Below, one piece after another: positions 41,116-52,778 of a stretch of 64,000 nucleotides of DNA (position 1 is its first letter; each line of letters starts with the position of its first letter). The stretch comes from Escherichia coli (GTDB lineage Bacteria > Pseudomonadota > Gammaproteobacteria > Enterobacterales > Enterobacteriaceae), in assembly GCF_003018255.1 (NCBI RefSeq), contig NZ_CP027440.1; one strand, given 5' to 3'. The translations under genes and the position numbers were made by a program. The notes beneath the pieces are model-generated. The model was not told the DNA's origin, searched no databases, and saw only the letters and a list, made by a program, of their open reading frames with translations.

Positions 41116-41134
41116 GATAATCATTTTCAATATC
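41116..41134. promoter_or_regulatory. Fur box overlapping the sodA promoter
   Basis: GATAATCATTTTCAATATC resembles the Fur consensus GATAATGATAATCATTATC. A TATAAT -10 hexamer lies at 41146-41151. Confidence 0.65.
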
Positions 41135-41208
41135 ATTTAATTAACTATAATGAACCAACTGCTTACGCGGCATTAACAATCGGCCGCCCGACAATACTGG
41201 AGATGAAT

Positions 41209-41829
41209 ATGAGCTATACCCTGCCATCCCTGCCGTATGCTTACGATGCCCTGGAACCGCACTTCGATAAGCAGACCATGGAAATCCACCACACCAAACA
41301 CCATCAGACCTATGTCAACAACGCCAACGCGGCGCTGGAAAGCCTGCCAGAATTTGCCAACCTGCCGGTTGAAGAGCTGATCACCAAACTGGACCAGCTG
41401 CCAGCAGACAAGAAAACCGTACTGCGCAACAACGCTGGCGGTCACGCTAACCACAGCCTGTTCTGGAAAGGTCTGAAAAAAGGCACCACCTTACAGGGTG
41501 ACCTGAAAGCGGCTATCGAACGTGACTTCGGCTCCGTTGATAACTTCAAAGCAGAATTTGAGAAAGCGGCAGCTTCCCGCTTTGGTTCCGGCTGGGCATG
41601 GCTGGTGCAAAAAGGCGATAAACTGGCGGTGGTTTCTACTGCTAACCAGGATTCCCCGCTGATGGGTGAAGCTATTTCTGGCGCTTCCGGCTTCCCGATT
41701 CTGGGCCTGGATGTGTGGGAACATGCTTACTACCTGAAATTCCAGAACCGCCGTCCGGACTACATCAAAGAGTTCTGGAACGTGGTGAACTGGGACGAAG
41801 CAGCGGCACGTTTCGCGGCGAAAAAATAA
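41209..41829 (+). CDS. sodA: Manganese superoxide dismutase
   Basis: ORF 41203-41829. I place the start at [18 protein letters not shown] (ATG at 41209, CTGGAG RBS). 206 aa. Confidence 0.97.
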   Translation: MSYTLPSLPYAYDALEPHFDKQTMEIHHTKHHQTYVNNANAALESLPEFANLPVEELITKLDQLPADKKTVLRNNAGGHANHSLFWKGLKKGTTLQGDLKAAIERDFGSVDNFKAEFEKAAASRFGSGWAWLVQKGDKLAVVSTANQDSPLMGEAISGASGFPILGLDVWEHAYYLKFQNRRPDYIKEFWNVVNWDEAAARFAAKK

Positions 41830-41884
41830 TCATTTGCCGCCTGCTGCAATGAGGCGTTTACGCCGCATATCAGCTTAAAAAATG

Positions 41885-41912
41885 AACCATCGCCAACGGC
41901 GGTGGTTTTTTT
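41885..41912 (+). terminator. sodA Rho-independent terminator
   Basis: AACCATCGCC-AAC-GGCGGTGGTT followed by T7. Confidence 0.8.
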
Positions 41913-41948
41913 GTGATCAATTTCAAAATAAAAACAATGATCCGATAA

Positions 41949-41969
41949 AAATAAAACGATGTTTCAATT
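41949..41969. promoter_or_regulatory. Candidate KdgR operator upstream of kdgT
   Basis: AAATAAAACGATGTTTCAATT resembles the KdgR box pattern AAT.AAA....TTT.ATT. Confidence 0.4.
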
Positions 41970-42088
41970 GATGTGGTTTTGATCACTTTTATTGATTAAA
42001 TGAATGTCTATCTTCGTTTCCATCAACACTGATGCTCCATTGAGGAATTACGCATCAGCCCTTAAAAATATGCCGACAGGTGATGGAA

Positions 42089-43072
42089 ATGCAGATAAAA
42101 CGCTCGATTGAGAAAATCCCGGGGGGGATGATGCTCGTCCCGCTATTCCTTGGCGCACTGTGCCACACCTTCTCGCCGGAGGCGGGGAAATATTTTGGAT
42201 CATTCACCAACGGGATGATTACCGGTACGGTGCCCATTCTGGCGGTGTGGTTTTTTTGCATGGGGGCGTCAATAAAATTAAGCGCGACGGGAACGGTATT
42301 GCGTAAATCCGGTACGCTGGTGGTAACAAAAATTGCCGTCGCGTGGGTGGTTGCGGCAATTGCCTCGCGCATTATTCCGGAACATGGTGTTGAAGTTGGA
42401 TTCTTTGCCGGACTTTCAACGCTGGCGCTGGTGGCGGCGATGGATATGACCAACGGCGGACTTTACGCTTCCATCATGCAGCAGTACGGCACAAAAGAAG
42501 AAGCTGGGGCATTTGTGTTGATGTCATTGGAGTCCGGGCCGCTCATGACGATGATTATTCTGGGCACTGCCGGGATTGCCTCGTTTGAACCGCATGTTTT
42601 CGTCGGCGCAGTATTACCGTTCCTGGTGGGCTTTGCCCTTGGGAACCTTGACCCTGAATTACGAGAATTTTTCAGCAAAGCGGTGCAGACGCTGATTCCA
42701 TTCTTTGCCTTCGCACTGGGTAATACCATTGATTTGACTGTAATTGCCCAGACAGGTTTGCTGGGGATCCTGTTGGGTGTGGCAGTAATTATCGTGACCG
42801 GTATTCCGTTGATTATCGCTGATAAATTGATTGGCGGTGGCGATGGCACTGCCGGAATTGCCGCTTCCAGTTCCGCAGGGGCCGCGGTAGCGACACCTGT
42901 GCTGATTGCAGAAATGGTGCCTGCGTTTAAACCGATGGCTCCGGCAGCAACTTCGCTGGTCGCGACGGCGGTCATTGTGACTTCGATTCTGGTGCCAATT
43001 CTTACCTCTATCTGGTCACGTAAAGTCAAAGCCAGAGTGGCGAAAATCGAAATTTTAGGTACGGTGAAATAA
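42089..43072 (+). CDS. kdgT: 2-keto-3-deoxygluconate permease
   Basis: ORF 42080-43072. I place the start at [13 protein letters not shown] (ATG at 42089). 327 aa. Confidence 0.94.
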   Translation: MQIKRSIEKIPGGMMLVPLFLGALCHTFSPEAGKYFGSFTNGMITGTVPILAVWFFCMGASIKLSATGTVLRKSGTLVVTKIAVAWVVAAIASRIIPEHGVEVGFFAGLSTLALVAAMDMTNGGLYASIMQQYGTKEEAGAFVLMSLESGPLMTMIILGTAGIASFEPHVFVGAVLPFLVGFALGNLDPELREFFSKAVQTLIPFFAFALGNTIDLTVIAQTGLLGILLGVAVIIVTGIPLIIADKLIGGGDGTAGIAASSSAGAAVATPVLIAEMVPAFKPMAPAATSLVATAVIVTSILVPILTSIWSRKVKARVAKIEILGTVK

Positions 43073-43220
43073 ACCAACTTCCTTAATCCCCACAGCCGGA
43101 TGAACTAACGTTCGTCCGGTTTTCAATTGCGTTTCTGCCTGGATACTTACCGCGAAAACAGCACGCCTGACATAAAATAAATATGGTCTAATGGGGAAAT
43201 TTCTCGTGGAGAGGGAACAG

Positions 43221-43895
43221 ATGCGATATCCGGTTGATGTATACACAGGCAAGATTCAGGCTTATCCCGAAGGCAAACCCAGCGCAATTGCCAAAATCCA
43301 GGTTGATGGTGAGTTGATGCTGACGGACCTGGGGCTGGAAGGTGACGAACAGGCGGAGAAAAAGATCCACGGCGGGCCAGACAGAGCGCTGTGTCATTAT
43401 CCTCGTGAGCATTATCTCTACTGGGCGCGGGAATTTCCGGAACAGGCGGAGCTGTTTGTTGCGCCTGCGTTTGGCGAAAATCTCTCAACCGACGGTCTGA
43501 CGGAAAGTAATGTTTATATTGGTGATATTTTCCGCTGGGGAGAGGCATTAATTCAGGTCAGCCAGCCACGCTCACCTTGCTATAAACTCAATTACCATTT
43601 TGATATCAGCGATATAGCGCAGTTGATGCAAAACACGGGTAAAGTGGGGTGGTTGTATAGCGTAATTGCACCAGGGTTGGTATCTGCTGATGCGCCGCTG
43701 GAGTTGGTTTCCCGTGTCAGCGATGTGACCGTGCAGGAGGCTGCCGCCATCGCATGGCATATGCCGTTTGATGACGATCAGTATCACCGTTTACTCTCCG
43801 CCGCAGGGTTATCGAAAAGCTGGACGCGAACGATGCAAAAGCGCCGACTGAGCGGCAAGCTCGAAGATTTTTCCCGCCGTTTGTGGGGAAAATAA
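43221..43895 (+). CDS. yiiM: MOSC-domain protein YiiM (N-hydroxylated base analogue detoxification)
   Basis: ORF 43191-43895. I place the start at MRYPVDVYTGKIQ (ATG at 43221, GAGG RBS). 224 aa. Confidence 0.92.
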   Translation: MRYPVDVYTGKIQAYPEGKPSAIAKIQVDGELMLTDLGLEGDEQAEKKIHGGPDRALCHYPREHYLYWAREFPEQAELFVAPAFGENLSTDGLTESNVYIGDIFRWGEALIQVSQPRSPCYKLNYHFDISDIAQLMQNTGKVGWLYSVIAPGLVSADAPLELVSRVSDVTVQEAAAIAWHMPFDDDQYHRLLSAAGLSKSWTRTMQKRRLSGKLEDFSRRLWGK

Positions 43896-43904
43896 CCCCG
43901 GAGT

Positions 43905-44043
43905 GTAGGCCTGATAAGACGCTATCAGCGTCGCATCAGGCATCCTGCTCAAATGCCGGATGCGGCGTAAACGCCTTATCCTGCCTACAAAACCCATAAA
44001 TTCAACAGGTTTTGTAGGCCTGATAAGCGTAGTGCATCAGGCA
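43905..44043. repeat. BIME cluster (three REP units) between yiiM and cpxA
   Basis: GTAGGCCTGATAAGACGC..CATCAGGCA, TGCCGGATGCGGCG..CTTATCCTGCCTAC and GTAGGCCTGATAAGCG..CATCAGGCA. Confidence 0.85.
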
Positions 44044-44066
44044 TTTTTTTTACCTGAATGTTGACG

Positions 44067-45440
44067 TTATGACCGCTTATACAGCGGCAACCAAATCACC
44101 AGCCGTAAACCGCCCAGCGGGCTGTCTTCTGCCTTCACCCAGCCACGATGCTGCTGAATGGCGGTTTCTACAATCGCCAGCCCCAAACCTGTACCGCCAG
44201 ATTCACGATCGCGTGCTTCATCGGTCCGATAGAATGGACGGAAAATCTGTTCGCGATCTTCCGGGCTAACGCCAGGACCATCGTCGTCCACCGTAATGGT
44301 GATACCGTCTTTATCTACCGCAAAGCCCACTTCAATCTTCGTATGGGAATAACGCAGAGCATTACGAACAATGTTTTCCAGCGCACTTTCCAGGGCGTTC
44401 GGGTTGCCGTACAGCGGCCACGGCCCAGGTGGGAAGTTAACCGTCAACGACTTGCCCATTTGCTCGGCTTCGAACGCCGCGTTATCCAGCACTTCACTCC
44501 ACAACTGGTTGGCTTTGATGGTCTCGCTAACCAGCGCATTTTTCTGCTGATTACGTGACATCACCAACAGATCGTTGATCATGCTGTCCAGACGTTGCGC
44601 TTCGGTTTCAATACGCTCCAGTTCCTTGCTTTCACCGCTACGACGGCGCAGTAACGCCGTACCCAGTTGCAGACGCGTCAGCGGGGTGCGCAGTTCGTGA
44701 GAGATATCAGAAAGTAGACGCTGCTGAGAGGTCATCATGCGCTCCAGCGCGGTGACCATCTGGTTAAAACTGGCACCGGCGGCAAGGAATTCCTGTGGCC
44801 CCGCTTCCAGTTCCGGGTGCTGGCGTAAGTTTCCCTGGGCAACTTCATCGGCAGCGTTTTTCAGCTTACGCGCCGGTTTTGCCAGACTCCAGGCCAACCA
44901 CAACAGCAGCGGCGTACTGACCAGCATGGTGACAATCAGCAGTAATAGCGGGCGGTCAAACAGTAAGTTTATGAAATCGGATTGAGAACTGCTGGCCGGA
45001 CGAATCAGATAAAGTTGGTAATTATCTTCGCCATCACGCACGGAGAACGGACCGACCAGTTCCACGCGGCCATACTTTTTCTTCTGCGGATGATCGGCGT
45101 TATCGGCCTGACCAATAAAGTTACGAATGATCTGCATTTCGCTGCGTTCAGCGCCGATCACGCGGCCTTCGGTGGTCACCAATAACAAACGCTGTCCTGG
45201 CGGTGCCCACTTATCAATCGCCCGGAACAGACGCCGCCACCACATTAAATCGTTGGGCGGATCGTTCGCCAGCTCCGCTTCAACATGCTGCTCAATCATC
45301 AGACCCTGACGCTGTTCGCTATCCAGAAGCTCGGTCATCTGGCGTGAATCGAGCTTGGGTAACATCAAAACCAACATCAACACCAGCGCCAGCGTCAGCC
45401 AGAAGATGGCGAAGATGCGCGCGGTTAAGCTGCCTATCAT
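44067..45440 (-). CDS. cpxA: Envelope-stress sensor histidine kinase CpxA
   Basis: 457-aa ORF with HAMP and H-box (SHELRTPLT) elements and an ATPase domain. Confidence 0.97.
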   Translation of the reverse strand: MIGSLTARIFAIFWLTLALVLMLVLMLPKLDSRQMTELLDSEQRQGLMIEQHVEAELANDPPNDLMWWRRLFRAIDKWAPPGQRLLLVTTEGRVIGAERSEMQIIRNFIGQADNADHPQKKKYGRVELVGPFSVRDGEDNYQLYLIRPASSSQSDFINLLFDRPLLLLIVTMLVSTPLLLWLAWSLAKPARKLKNAADEVAQGNLRQHPELEAGPQEFLAAGASFNQMVTALERMMTSQQRLLSDISHELRTPLTRLQLGTALLRRRSGESKELERIETEAQRLDSMINDLLVMSRNQQKNALVSETIKANQLWSEVLDNAAFEAEQMGKSLTVNFPPGPWPLYGNPNALESALENIVRNALRYSHTKIEVGFAVDKDGITITVDDDGPGVSPEDREQIFRPFYRTDEARDRESGGTGLGLAIVETAIQQHRGWVKAEDSPLGGLRLVIWLPLYKRS

Positions 45441-46135
45441 GAAGCAGAAACCATCAGATAGCCACGACCACGCAGGGTTTTAAACCACGGGTGACCATCC
45501 TTACGATCCGGCAGTTTACGACGCAGGTTGGAAATATGCATATCGATAGCGCGGTCGAAAGGCGTCAGGCGCTTGCCCAGCACTTCCTGGCTTAAATGCT
45601 CACGGGAAACCACCTGACCCAGATGCTGTGCCAGCAAATAGAGCAGGGTAAACTCAGTACCGGTTAACTCCAGTGTTTGCCCGTCGAAGGTGGCTTCCTG
45701 GCGACCAGGATTGAGACTTAAGGCATCAACTTCCAGTGTCGGTGAACCGTTGTCGTTGTTTTGCTGTTGTTCGCTCCAGTGCGAACGGCGCAGGATCGCG
45801 CGAATACGTGCCACCAGCTCACGATCATTAAACGGTTTCGGGAGATAGTCATCTGCGCCCAGCTCAAGGCCGAGAACGCGATCAAGTTCACTGCCGCGCG
45901 CCGTCAACATAATGACAGGCGTCTGGTGTGTCTGGCGAAGTGCTTTTAATGTGTCGATACCATTTTTCTTCGGCATCATTACATCAAGCAAAAGTAAATC
46001 AATGCTGTCGTCCAGAAGATCAAGCGCCTGTTCCCCATCGTGGGCAACAATCACGTTGAAGCCTTCCATCTCGAGCAGCTCCTTTAATAGGGAAGTCAGC
46101 TCTCGGTCATCATCAACTAACAGGATTTTATTCAT
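45437..46135 (-). CDS. cpxR: Envelope-stress response regulator CpxR (OmpR family)
   Basis: 232-aa ORF with a 4-nt overlap with cpxA. Confidence 0.97.
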   Translation of the reverse strand: MNKILLVDDDRELTSLLKELLEMEGFNVIVAHDGEQALDLLDDSIDLLLLDVMMPKKNGIDTLKALRQTHQTPVIMLTARGSELDRVLGLELGADDYLPKPFNDRELVARIRAILRRSHWSEQQQNNDNGSPTLEVDALSLNPGRQEATFDGQTLELTGTEFTLLYLLAQHLGQVVSREHLSQEVLGKRLTPFDRAIDMHISNLRRKLPDRKDGHPWFKTLRGRGYLMVSAS

Positions 46136-46190
46136 TGTTTAAATACCTCCGAGGCAGAAATTACGTCATCAGACGTCGCTAATCCATGAC

Positions 46191-46205
46191 TTTACGTTGT
46201 TTTAC
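46191..46205 (-). promoter_or_regulatory. CpxR box in the cpxRA/cpxP divergent region
   Basis: The minus strand reads GTAAA-ACAAC-GTAAA, an exact match to the GTAAA-N5-GTAAA consensus. Confidence 0.7.
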
Positions 46206-46284
46206 ACCCCCTGACGCATGTTTGCAGCCTGAATCGTAAACTCTCTATCGTTGAATCGCGACAGAAAGATTTTGGGAGCAAATG

Positions 46285-46785
46285 ATGCGCATAGTTACCG
46301 CTGCCGTCATGGCCTCAACGCTGGCAGTCAGTTCATTAAGCCACGCTGCTGAAGTCGGTTCAGGCGATAACTGGCATCCGGGTGAAGAACTTACGCAGCG
46401 CAGTACGCAGAGCCATATGTTCGACGGCATAAGTTTAACCGAACATCAGCGTCAGCAGATGCGAGATCTTATGCAACAGGCCCGGCACGAACAGCCTCCT
46501 GTTAATGTTAGCGAACTGGAGACAATGCATCGCCTTGTCACCGCAGAAAATTTTGATGAAAACGCTGTGCGCGCACAGGCAGAAAAAATGGCGAATGAGC
46601 AAATTGCTCGTCAGGTTGAGATGGCAAAAGTCCGCAACCAAATGTATCGCCTGTTAACGCCGGAGCAGCAAGCGGTTTTAAATGAGAAACATCAACAACG
46701 AATGGAGCAGTTGCGTGACGTGACGCAATGGCAAAAAAGTTCATCGTTGAAGCTATTGAGTAGTAGCAACTCACGTTCCCAGTAG
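46285..46785 (+). CDS. cpxP: Periplasmic Cpx pathway inhibitor/adaptor CpxP
   Basis: ORF 46282-46785. I use the second ATG ([12 protein letters not shown]...), giving the 166-aa K-12 model. Two LTxxQ motifs are present. Confidence 0.95.
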
Positions 46786-46792
46786 TAAACCC

Positions 46793-46852
46793 TGTTTTCC
46801 TTGCCATAGACACCATCCCTGTCTTCCCCCACATGATGTGGGGGTTTTTTTT
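46793..46852 (+). ncRNA. cpxQ: cpxP 3'UTR; candidate CpxQ sRNA including its terminator (46826-46852)
   Basis: The 3'UTR ends in CCCCCACAT-G-ATGTGGGGG followed by T8. CpxQ is a described RNase E-processed sRNA derived from the cpxP 3'UTR. The 5' end given here is approximate. Confidence 0.5.
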
Positions 46853-46933
46853 ATCCTCAATTTGCCTGCTGCTTAATGCATTGCAGATGATTTGCTTCCG
46901 TTATACTAGCGTCAGTTGATAGCGGGAGTATTT

Positions 46934-47836
46934 ATGAATCAATCTTATGGACGGCTGGTCAGTCGGGCGGCGATTGCTGCAACGGCGATGGCTTCACTGC
47001 TATTGCTGATTAAAATTTTTGCATGGTGGTATACCGGGTCGGTGAGTATTCTCGCCGCGCTGGTGGATTCGCTGGTGGATATCGGCGCGTCGTTGACGAA
47101 TTTACTGGTGGTGCGATATTCCCTGCAACCTGCCGACGATAATCACTCGTTTGGTCACGGTAAAGCTGAGTCCCTCGCGGCGCTGGCGCAAAGTATGTTT
47201 ATCTCCGGTTCAGCACTATTCCTGTTTTTGACGGGTATTCAACATCTGATATCTCCAACACCGATGACAGATCCAGGCGTCGGGGTTATCGTGACAATTG
47301 TGGCGCTAATTTGTACGATTATCCTTGTCTCGTTTCAGCGTTGGGTGGTGCGCCGGACGCAAAGCCAGGCGGTGCGGGCTGATATGCTACATTACCAGTC
47401 TGATGTTATGATGAACGGTGCAATTCTGCTGGCGCTGGGGTTGTCCTGGTACGGCTGGCATCGCGCCGATGCTCTGTTTGCATTGGGAATCGGCATCTAT
47501 ATTTTATATAGCGCGTTACGCATGGGATATGAGGCGGTACAGTCATTACTGGATCGCGCATTGCCTGATGAAGAACGGCAAGAAATTATTGATATCGTGA
47601 CTTCCTGGCCGGGTGTTAGCGGCGCTCACGATCTTCGCACGCGGCAGTCAGGGCCGACCCGCTTTATTCAGATTCATTTGGAAATGGAAGACTCTCTGCC
47701 TTTGGTTCAGGCACATATGGTGGCGGATCAGGTAGAGCAGGCTATTTTACGGCGTTTTCCGGGATCGGATGTGATTATCCATCAGGACCCCTGTTCCGTC
47801 GTACCCAGGGAGGGTAAACGGTCTATGCTTTCATAA
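46934..47836 (+). CDS. fieF: Cation diffusion facilitator (Zn/Fe efflux) FieF/YiiP
   Basis: ORF 46916-47836. I place the start at [13 protein letters not shown] (ATG at 46934). 300 aa. Confidence 0.95.
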
Positions 47837-48016
47837 TCAGTATAAAAGAGAGCCAGACCCGCATTTTGTGTATAAAATACCGCCATTTGGCCTGACCTGA
47901 ATCAATTCAGCAGGAAGTGATTGTTATACTATTTGCACATTCGTTGGATCACTTCGATGTGCAAGAAGACTTCCGGCAACAGATTTCATTTTGCATTCCA
48001 AAGTTCAGAGGTAGTC

Positions 48017-48979
48017 ATGATTAAGAAAATCGGTGTGTTGACAAGCGGCGGTGATGCGCCAGGCATGAACGCCGCAATTCGCGGGGTTGTTCGTTCTGCG
48101 CTGACAGAAGGTCTGGAAGTAATGGGCATTTATGACGGCTATCTGGGTCTGTATGAAGACCGTATGGTACAGCTAGACCGTTACAGCGTTTCTGACATGA
48201 TCAACCGTGGTGGTACGTTCCTCGGTTCTGCGCGTTTCCCGGAATTCCGCGACGAGAACATCCGCGCCGTGGCTATCGAAAACCTGAAAAAACGTGGTAT
48301 CGACGCGCTGGTGGTTATCGGCGGTGACGGTTCCTACATGGGTGCAATGCGTCTGACCGAAATGGGCTTCCCGTGCATCGGTCTGCCGGGCACTATCGAC
48401 AACGACATCAAAGGCACTGACTACACTATCGGTTTCTTCACTGCGCTGAGCACCGTTGTAGAAGCGATCGACCGTCTGCGTGACACCTCTTCTTCTCACC
48501 AGCGTATTTCCGTGGTGGAAGTGATGGGCCGTTATTGTGGCGATCTGACTTTGGCTGCGGCTATTGCCGGTGGCTGTGAATTCGTTGTGGTTCCGGAAGT
48601 TGAATTCAGCCGTGAAGACCTGGTAAACGAAATCAAAGCGGGTATCGCGAAAGGTAAAAAACACGCGATAGTGGCGATTACCGAACATATGTGTGATGTT
48701 GACGAACTGGCGCATTTCATCGAGAAAGAAACCGGTCGTGAAACCCGCGCAACTGTGCTGGGCCACATCCAGCGCGGTGGTTCTCCGGTGCCTTACGACC
48801 GTATTCTGGCTTCCCGTATGGGCGCTTACGCTATCGAGCTGCTGCTGGCAGGTTACGGTGGTCGTTGCGTAGGTATCCAGAACGAACAGCTGGTTCACCA
48901 CGACATCATCGACGCTATCGAAAACATGAAGCGTCCGTTCAAAGGCGACTGGCTGGACTGCGCGAAAAAACTGTATTAA
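48017..48979 (+). CDS. pfkA: ATP-dependent 6-phosphofructokinase I
   Basis: ORF 47921-48979. I place the start at [20 protein letters not shown] (ATG at 48017). 320 aa. Confidence 0.97.
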   Translation: MIKKIGVLTSGGDAPGMNAAIRGVVRSALTEGLEVMGIYDGYLGLYEDRMVQLDRYSVSDMINRGGTFLGSARFPEFRDENIRAVAIENLKKRGIDALVVIGGDGSYMGAMRLTEMGFPCIGLPGTIDNDIKGTDYTIGFFTALSTVVEAIDRLRDTSSSHQRISVVEVMGRYCGDLTLAAAIAGGCEFVVVPEVEFSREDLVNEIKAGIAKGKKHAIVAITEHMCDVDELAHFIEKETGRETRATVLGHIQRGGSPVPYDRILASRMGAYAIELLLAGYGGRCVGIQNEQLVHHDIIDAIENMKRPFKGDWLDCAKKLY

Positions 48980-49034
48980 TGATTTCGGAAAAAGGCAGAT
49001 TCCTTTAGCCTGAAACCGATGACAGAAGCAAAAA

Positions 49035-49134
49035 TGCCTGATGCGCTTCGCTTATCAGGCCTACATGAATTCTGCAATTTATTGAATTTGCGAACTTTTG
49101 TAGGCCGGATAAGGCGTTCGCGCCGCATCCGGCA
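49035..49134. repeat. BIME (two REP units) downstream of pfkA
   Basis: TGCCTGATGCGCTTCGCTTATCAGGCCTAC and GTAGGCCGGATAAGGCGTTCGCGCCGCATCCGGCA. Confidence 0.85.
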
Positions 49135-49163
49135 TGGACAAAGCGCACTTTGTCAGCAATATG

Positions 49164-49187
49164 AGGCGGATTTCTTCCGCCTTTTTA
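49164..49187 (+). terminator. Rho-independent terminator downstream of pfkA
   Basis: AGGCGGA-TTTCT-TCCGCCT followed by TTTTT. Confidence 0.65.
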
Positions 49188-49298
49188 ATCCCCCTACATA
49201 TACCCGCAAGTTATAGCCAATCTTTTTTTATTCTTTAATGTTTGGTTAACCTTCTGGCACGCTTTGCTCATCACAACACAACATAAGAGAGTCGGGCG

Positions 49299-50288
49299 AT
49301 GAACAAGTGGGGCGTAGGGTTAACATTTTTGCTGGCGGCAACCAGCGTTATGGCAAAGGATATTCAGCTTCTTAACGTTTCATATGATCCAACGCGCGAA
49401 TTGTACGAACAGTACAACAAGGTATTCAGCGCCCACTGGAAACAGCAAACTGGCGATAACGTGGTGATCCGTCAGTCCCACGGTGGTTCAGGCAAACAAG
49501 CGACGTCGGTAATCAACGGTATTGAAGCTGATGTTGTCACGCTGGCTCTGGCCTATGACGTGGACGCGATTGCGGAACGCGGGCGGATTGATAAAGAGTG
49601 GATCAAACGTCTGCCGGATAACTCCGCACCGTACACTTCCACCATTGTTTTCCTGGTGCGTAAGGGCAATCCGAAGCAGATCCATGACTGGAACGATCTG
49701 ATTAAACCGGGTGTTTCGGTGATCACGCCTAATCCGAAAAGCTCTGGTGGCGCGCGCTGGAACTACCTGGCAGCCTGGGGCTACGCGCTGCATCACAACA
49801 ACAACGATCAGGCAAAAGCACAGGATTTTGTTCGGGCACTGTATAAAAACGTCGAAGTTCTGGATTCTGGCGCGCGCGGCTCCACTAATACCTTTGTCGA
49901 GCGCGGGATTGGCGATGTACTGATTGCCTGGGAAAACGAAGCTCTGCTGGCAGCGAATGAACTGGGGAAAGATAAATTCGAAATTGTCACGCCGAGTGAG
50001 TCTATCCTCGCAGAGCCAACCGTGTCGGTGGTCGATAAAGTGGTCGAGAAAAAAGGCACCAAAGAGGTGGCGGAAGCCTACCTGAAATATCTCTACTCGC
50101 CAGAAGGTCAGGAAATTGCCGCGAAAAACTACTACCGTCCGCGCGATGCTGAGGTGGCGAAAAAGTACGAAAATGCGTTTCCAAAGCTGAAGTTATTCAC
50201 CATTGATGAAGAGTTCGGCGGCTGGACGAAAGCGCAAAAAGAGCATTTTGCTAACGGCGGTACGTTCGATCAGATTAGCAAACGCTGA
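49299..50288 (+). CDS. sbp: Periplasmic sulfate-binding protein
   Basis: 329-aa ORF with a signal peptide ([19 protein letters not shown]). Confidence 0.96.
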   Translation: MNKWGVGLTFLLAATSVMAKDIQLLNVSYDPTRELYEQYNKVFSAHWKQQTGDNVVIRQSHGGSGKQATSVINGIEADVVTLALAYDVDAIAERGRIDKEWIKRLPDNSAPYTSTIVFLVRKGNPKQIHDWNDLIKPGVSVITPNPKSSGGARWNYLAAWGYALHHNNNDQAKAQDFVRALYKNVEVLDSGARGSTNTFVERGIGDVLIAWENEALLAANELGKDKFEIVTPSESILAEPTVSVVDKVVEKKGTKEVAEAYLKYLYSPEGQEIAAKNYYRPRDAEVAKKYENAFPKLKLFTIDEEFGGWTKAQKEHFANGGTFDQISKR

Positions 50289-50307
50289 TTTCTCCAGGAT
50301 AATTATC

Positions 50308-50339
50308 AAACCCGGTGGTTTCTCGCGACTGGGTTTTTT
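50308..50339 (+). terminator. sbp terminator
   Basis: AAACCCGGT-N11-ACTGGGTTT (one G-T pair) followed by T-rich sequence. Confidence 0.6.
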
Positions 50340-50393
50340 ATTTGTCACGATTTTGCGTTACCCTTGCATCTCTTTGAGGTACAGGGAAAAAAG

Positions 50394-51149
50394 ATGAAAA
50401 AAGCGGGTCTTCTTTTTTTGGTGATGATAGTTATCGCCGTTGTGGCTGCCGGTATTGGTTACTGGAAATTAACCGGTGAAGAGTCGGATACATTACGTAA
50501 GATTGTCCTTGAGGAATGTTTGCCCAATCAGCAGCAAAATCAAAATCCTTCGCCATGTGCGGAAGTCAAACCCAATGCCGGATACGTGGTTTTAAAAGAT
50601 CTTAATGGCCCACTGCAATATCTGTTGATGCCAACGTATCGTATTAACGGTACTGAAAGTCCTTTGTTGACCGATCCTTCAACGCCGAACTTCTTTTGGT
50701 TGGCCTGGCAGGCGCGTGATTTTATGAGCAAAAAATACGGCCAGCCGGTTCCCGATCGCGCGGTTTCTTTGGCGATCAACTCTCGCACCGGGCGTACGCA
50801 AAACCATTTTCATATTCATATCTCTTGTATTCGTCCTGATGTGCGCGAACAGCTGGATAACAATCTGGCGAACATCAGCAGCCGCTGGTTGCCACTGCCA
50901 GGTGGTTTGCGCGGGCATGAATACCTGGCGCGTCGGGTAACGGAAAGCGAACTGGTACAACGCAGCCCATTTATGATGCTTGCAGAAGAAGTGCCTGAGG
51001 CGCGGGAACATATGGGAAGCTACGGGCTGGCGATGGTGCGGCAGAGTGATAACTCATTTGTATTGCTGGCGACACAACGAAATCTACTGACGCTTAACCG
51101 TGCTTCAGCCGAGGAAATCCAGGATCATCAGTGTGAGATTTTGCGTTAA
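50394..51149 (+). CDS. cdh: CDP-diacylglycerol pyrophosphatase
   Basis: ORF 50364-51149. I place the start at [13 protein letters not shown] (ATG at 50394). 251 aa. Confidence 0.94.
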   Translation: MKKAGLLFLVMIVIAVVAAGIGYWKLTGEESDTLRKIVLEECLPNQQQNQNPSPCAEVKPNAGYVVLKDLNGPLQYLLMPTYRINGTESPLLTDPSTPNFFWLAWQARDFMSKKYGQPVPDRAVSLAINSRTGRTQNHFHIHISCIRPDVREQLDNNLANISSRWLPLPGGLRGHEYLARRVTESELVQRSPFMMLAEEVPEAREHMGSYGLAMVRQSDNSFVLLATQRNLLTLNRASAEEIQDHQCEILR

Positions 51150-51171
51150 GGCGAGGAGTTAAGGAAAGTAA

Positions 51172-51194
51172 GTGCCGGATATGAAATCCGGCAC
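51172..51194. terminator. Bidirectional stem-loop between convergent cdh and tpiA
   Basis: GTGCCGGAT-ATGAA-ATCCGGCAC. Confidence 0.65.
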
Positions 51195-51203
51195 CTGTCA
51201 GAC

Positions 51204-51971
51204 TTAAGCCTGTTTAGCCGCTTCTGCAGCTTTAACGATCACTGCGAAAGCGTCAGCTTTCAGAGAAGCACCGCCAACCAGCGCGCCGTCGATGTCTGGT
51301 TGAGCAAACAGTTCTGCAGCGTTAGACGCGTTTACAGAGCCGCCGTACTGAATGATCACTTGTTCAGCGATGTTAGCGTCAACTTTAGCGATGTGGTCAC
51401 GGATGAATTTGTGAACAGCCTGTGCCTGAGCCGGAGTTGCAGATTTGCCAGTACCGATTGCCCATACGGGTTCGTAAGCGATAACCGCACCTTCGAATGC
51501 CGCAGCACCCTGAGTTTTCAGTACCGCGTCGATCTGACGTGCACAAACTTCTTCAGTTTTGCCCGCTTCGTTTTCAGCTTCGGTTTCACCGATGCACAGA
51601 ACCGGAGTCAGACCCTGCTCTTTCAGCACCGCGAATTTTTTCGCGATCAGTTCGTCAGACTCTTTGTGGTAAGTACGACGTTCAGAGTGGCCGATGATGA
51701 TGTACTGTGCGCCGATGTCTTTCAGCATAGCAGCAGAGGTTTCACCGGTGAATGCGCCGGACAGGTTCAGGTCCACGTTTTGCGCACCCAGCATGATGTG
51801 GCTGCCTTCAGCTTCACGCTTCGCCATATCGATGTACATTTCCGGTGGTGCGATTGCAACCGCACAGCCAGCAACACCTGCCAGCTCTTTACGCAGGTTA
51901 GATACCAGCTCGTGAACCATGTGGCGGCTGCCGTTCAGTTTCCAGTTACCCATCACTAAAGGATGTCGCAT
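51204..51971 (-). CDS. tpiA: Triose-phosphate isomerase
   Basis: 255-aa ORF ([14 protein letters not shown]...). Confidence 0.98.
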
Positions 51972-52078
51972 TTTAATTCTCCACGCTTATAAGCGAATAA
52001 AGGAAGATGGCCGCCCCGCAGGGCAGCAGGTCTGTGAAACAGTATAGAGATTCATCGGCACAAAGGCTTTGCTTTTTG

Positions 52079-52678
52079 TCATTTATTCAAACCTTCAAGC
52101 GATTCAGATAGCGCCAGCTTAATCGGTTCAACAGCGAAGGTCAGCCCCTTTTCGCCGTTGTCCGCGACAACATAACGCAGTGCACCTTCTGTCTCGGTGT
52201 AATAACGTTTGTTTTTCCCCGCCGTTAGTAGCGCCTGCAGTTTTTTCTGGCTTTGAGTTTTGGTCATTAATGGGGTGAGTGTGCGGATCACCGCTGCCAT
52301 GTATGCCTGAGCTTTCGCTTTCGCGGCTTTTTGCTCTGGCCCCTGGATGGGTAGCCAGGTCATTTGAATGCTTTTGATTTTTAAGGTACCGCGCTCCAGC
52401 GCAGTAGAAGCATACAAGTTCTCGTTAATTTTACTTGCTGCACGAGTGAGATTGGCTTTGTCGGGACTGCTGTCGATGGCACGAAATTCGTTCAGTGGCA
52501 GGCTGGGATTCTGGCTGTTAAAGTCTTCTCGAAACTGGCTGATGGAGAGATCGAAAGTAGGGGCTCCAGCCAGCAGATAAGGCGCGGTCGTTGCCGTATC
52601 TGGTGTTTGTGCATGCGCCGTTGTTGTAACGGTTAATGCAGAACATAAGAGAAAAAACAGCGTACACCCTGGCTTCAT
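52079..52678 (-). CDS. yiiQ: Periplasmic DUF1454-type protein YiiQ
   Basis: 199-aa ORF with a signal peptide. Matches K-12 YiiQ by length and position. Confidence 0.88.
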   Translation of the reverse strand: MKPGCTLFFLLCSALTVTTTAHAQTPDTATTAPYLLAGAPTFDLSISQFREDFNSQNPSLPLNEFRAIDSSPDKANLTRAASKINENLYASTALERGTLKIKSIQMTWLPIQGPEQKAAKAKAQAYMAAVIRTLTPLMTKTQSQKKLQALLTAGKNKRYYTETEGALRYVVADNGEKGLTFAVEPIKLALSESLEGLNK

Positions 52679-52778
52679 TGACAGTACCTTTTGTTATGAC
52701 TGGCTCCGATTAAAACGATATCTGTCGCCCTTGTCAAAAGGGTAGAATCCTGGAAAAGACAACCATCAAGGAACTTAC

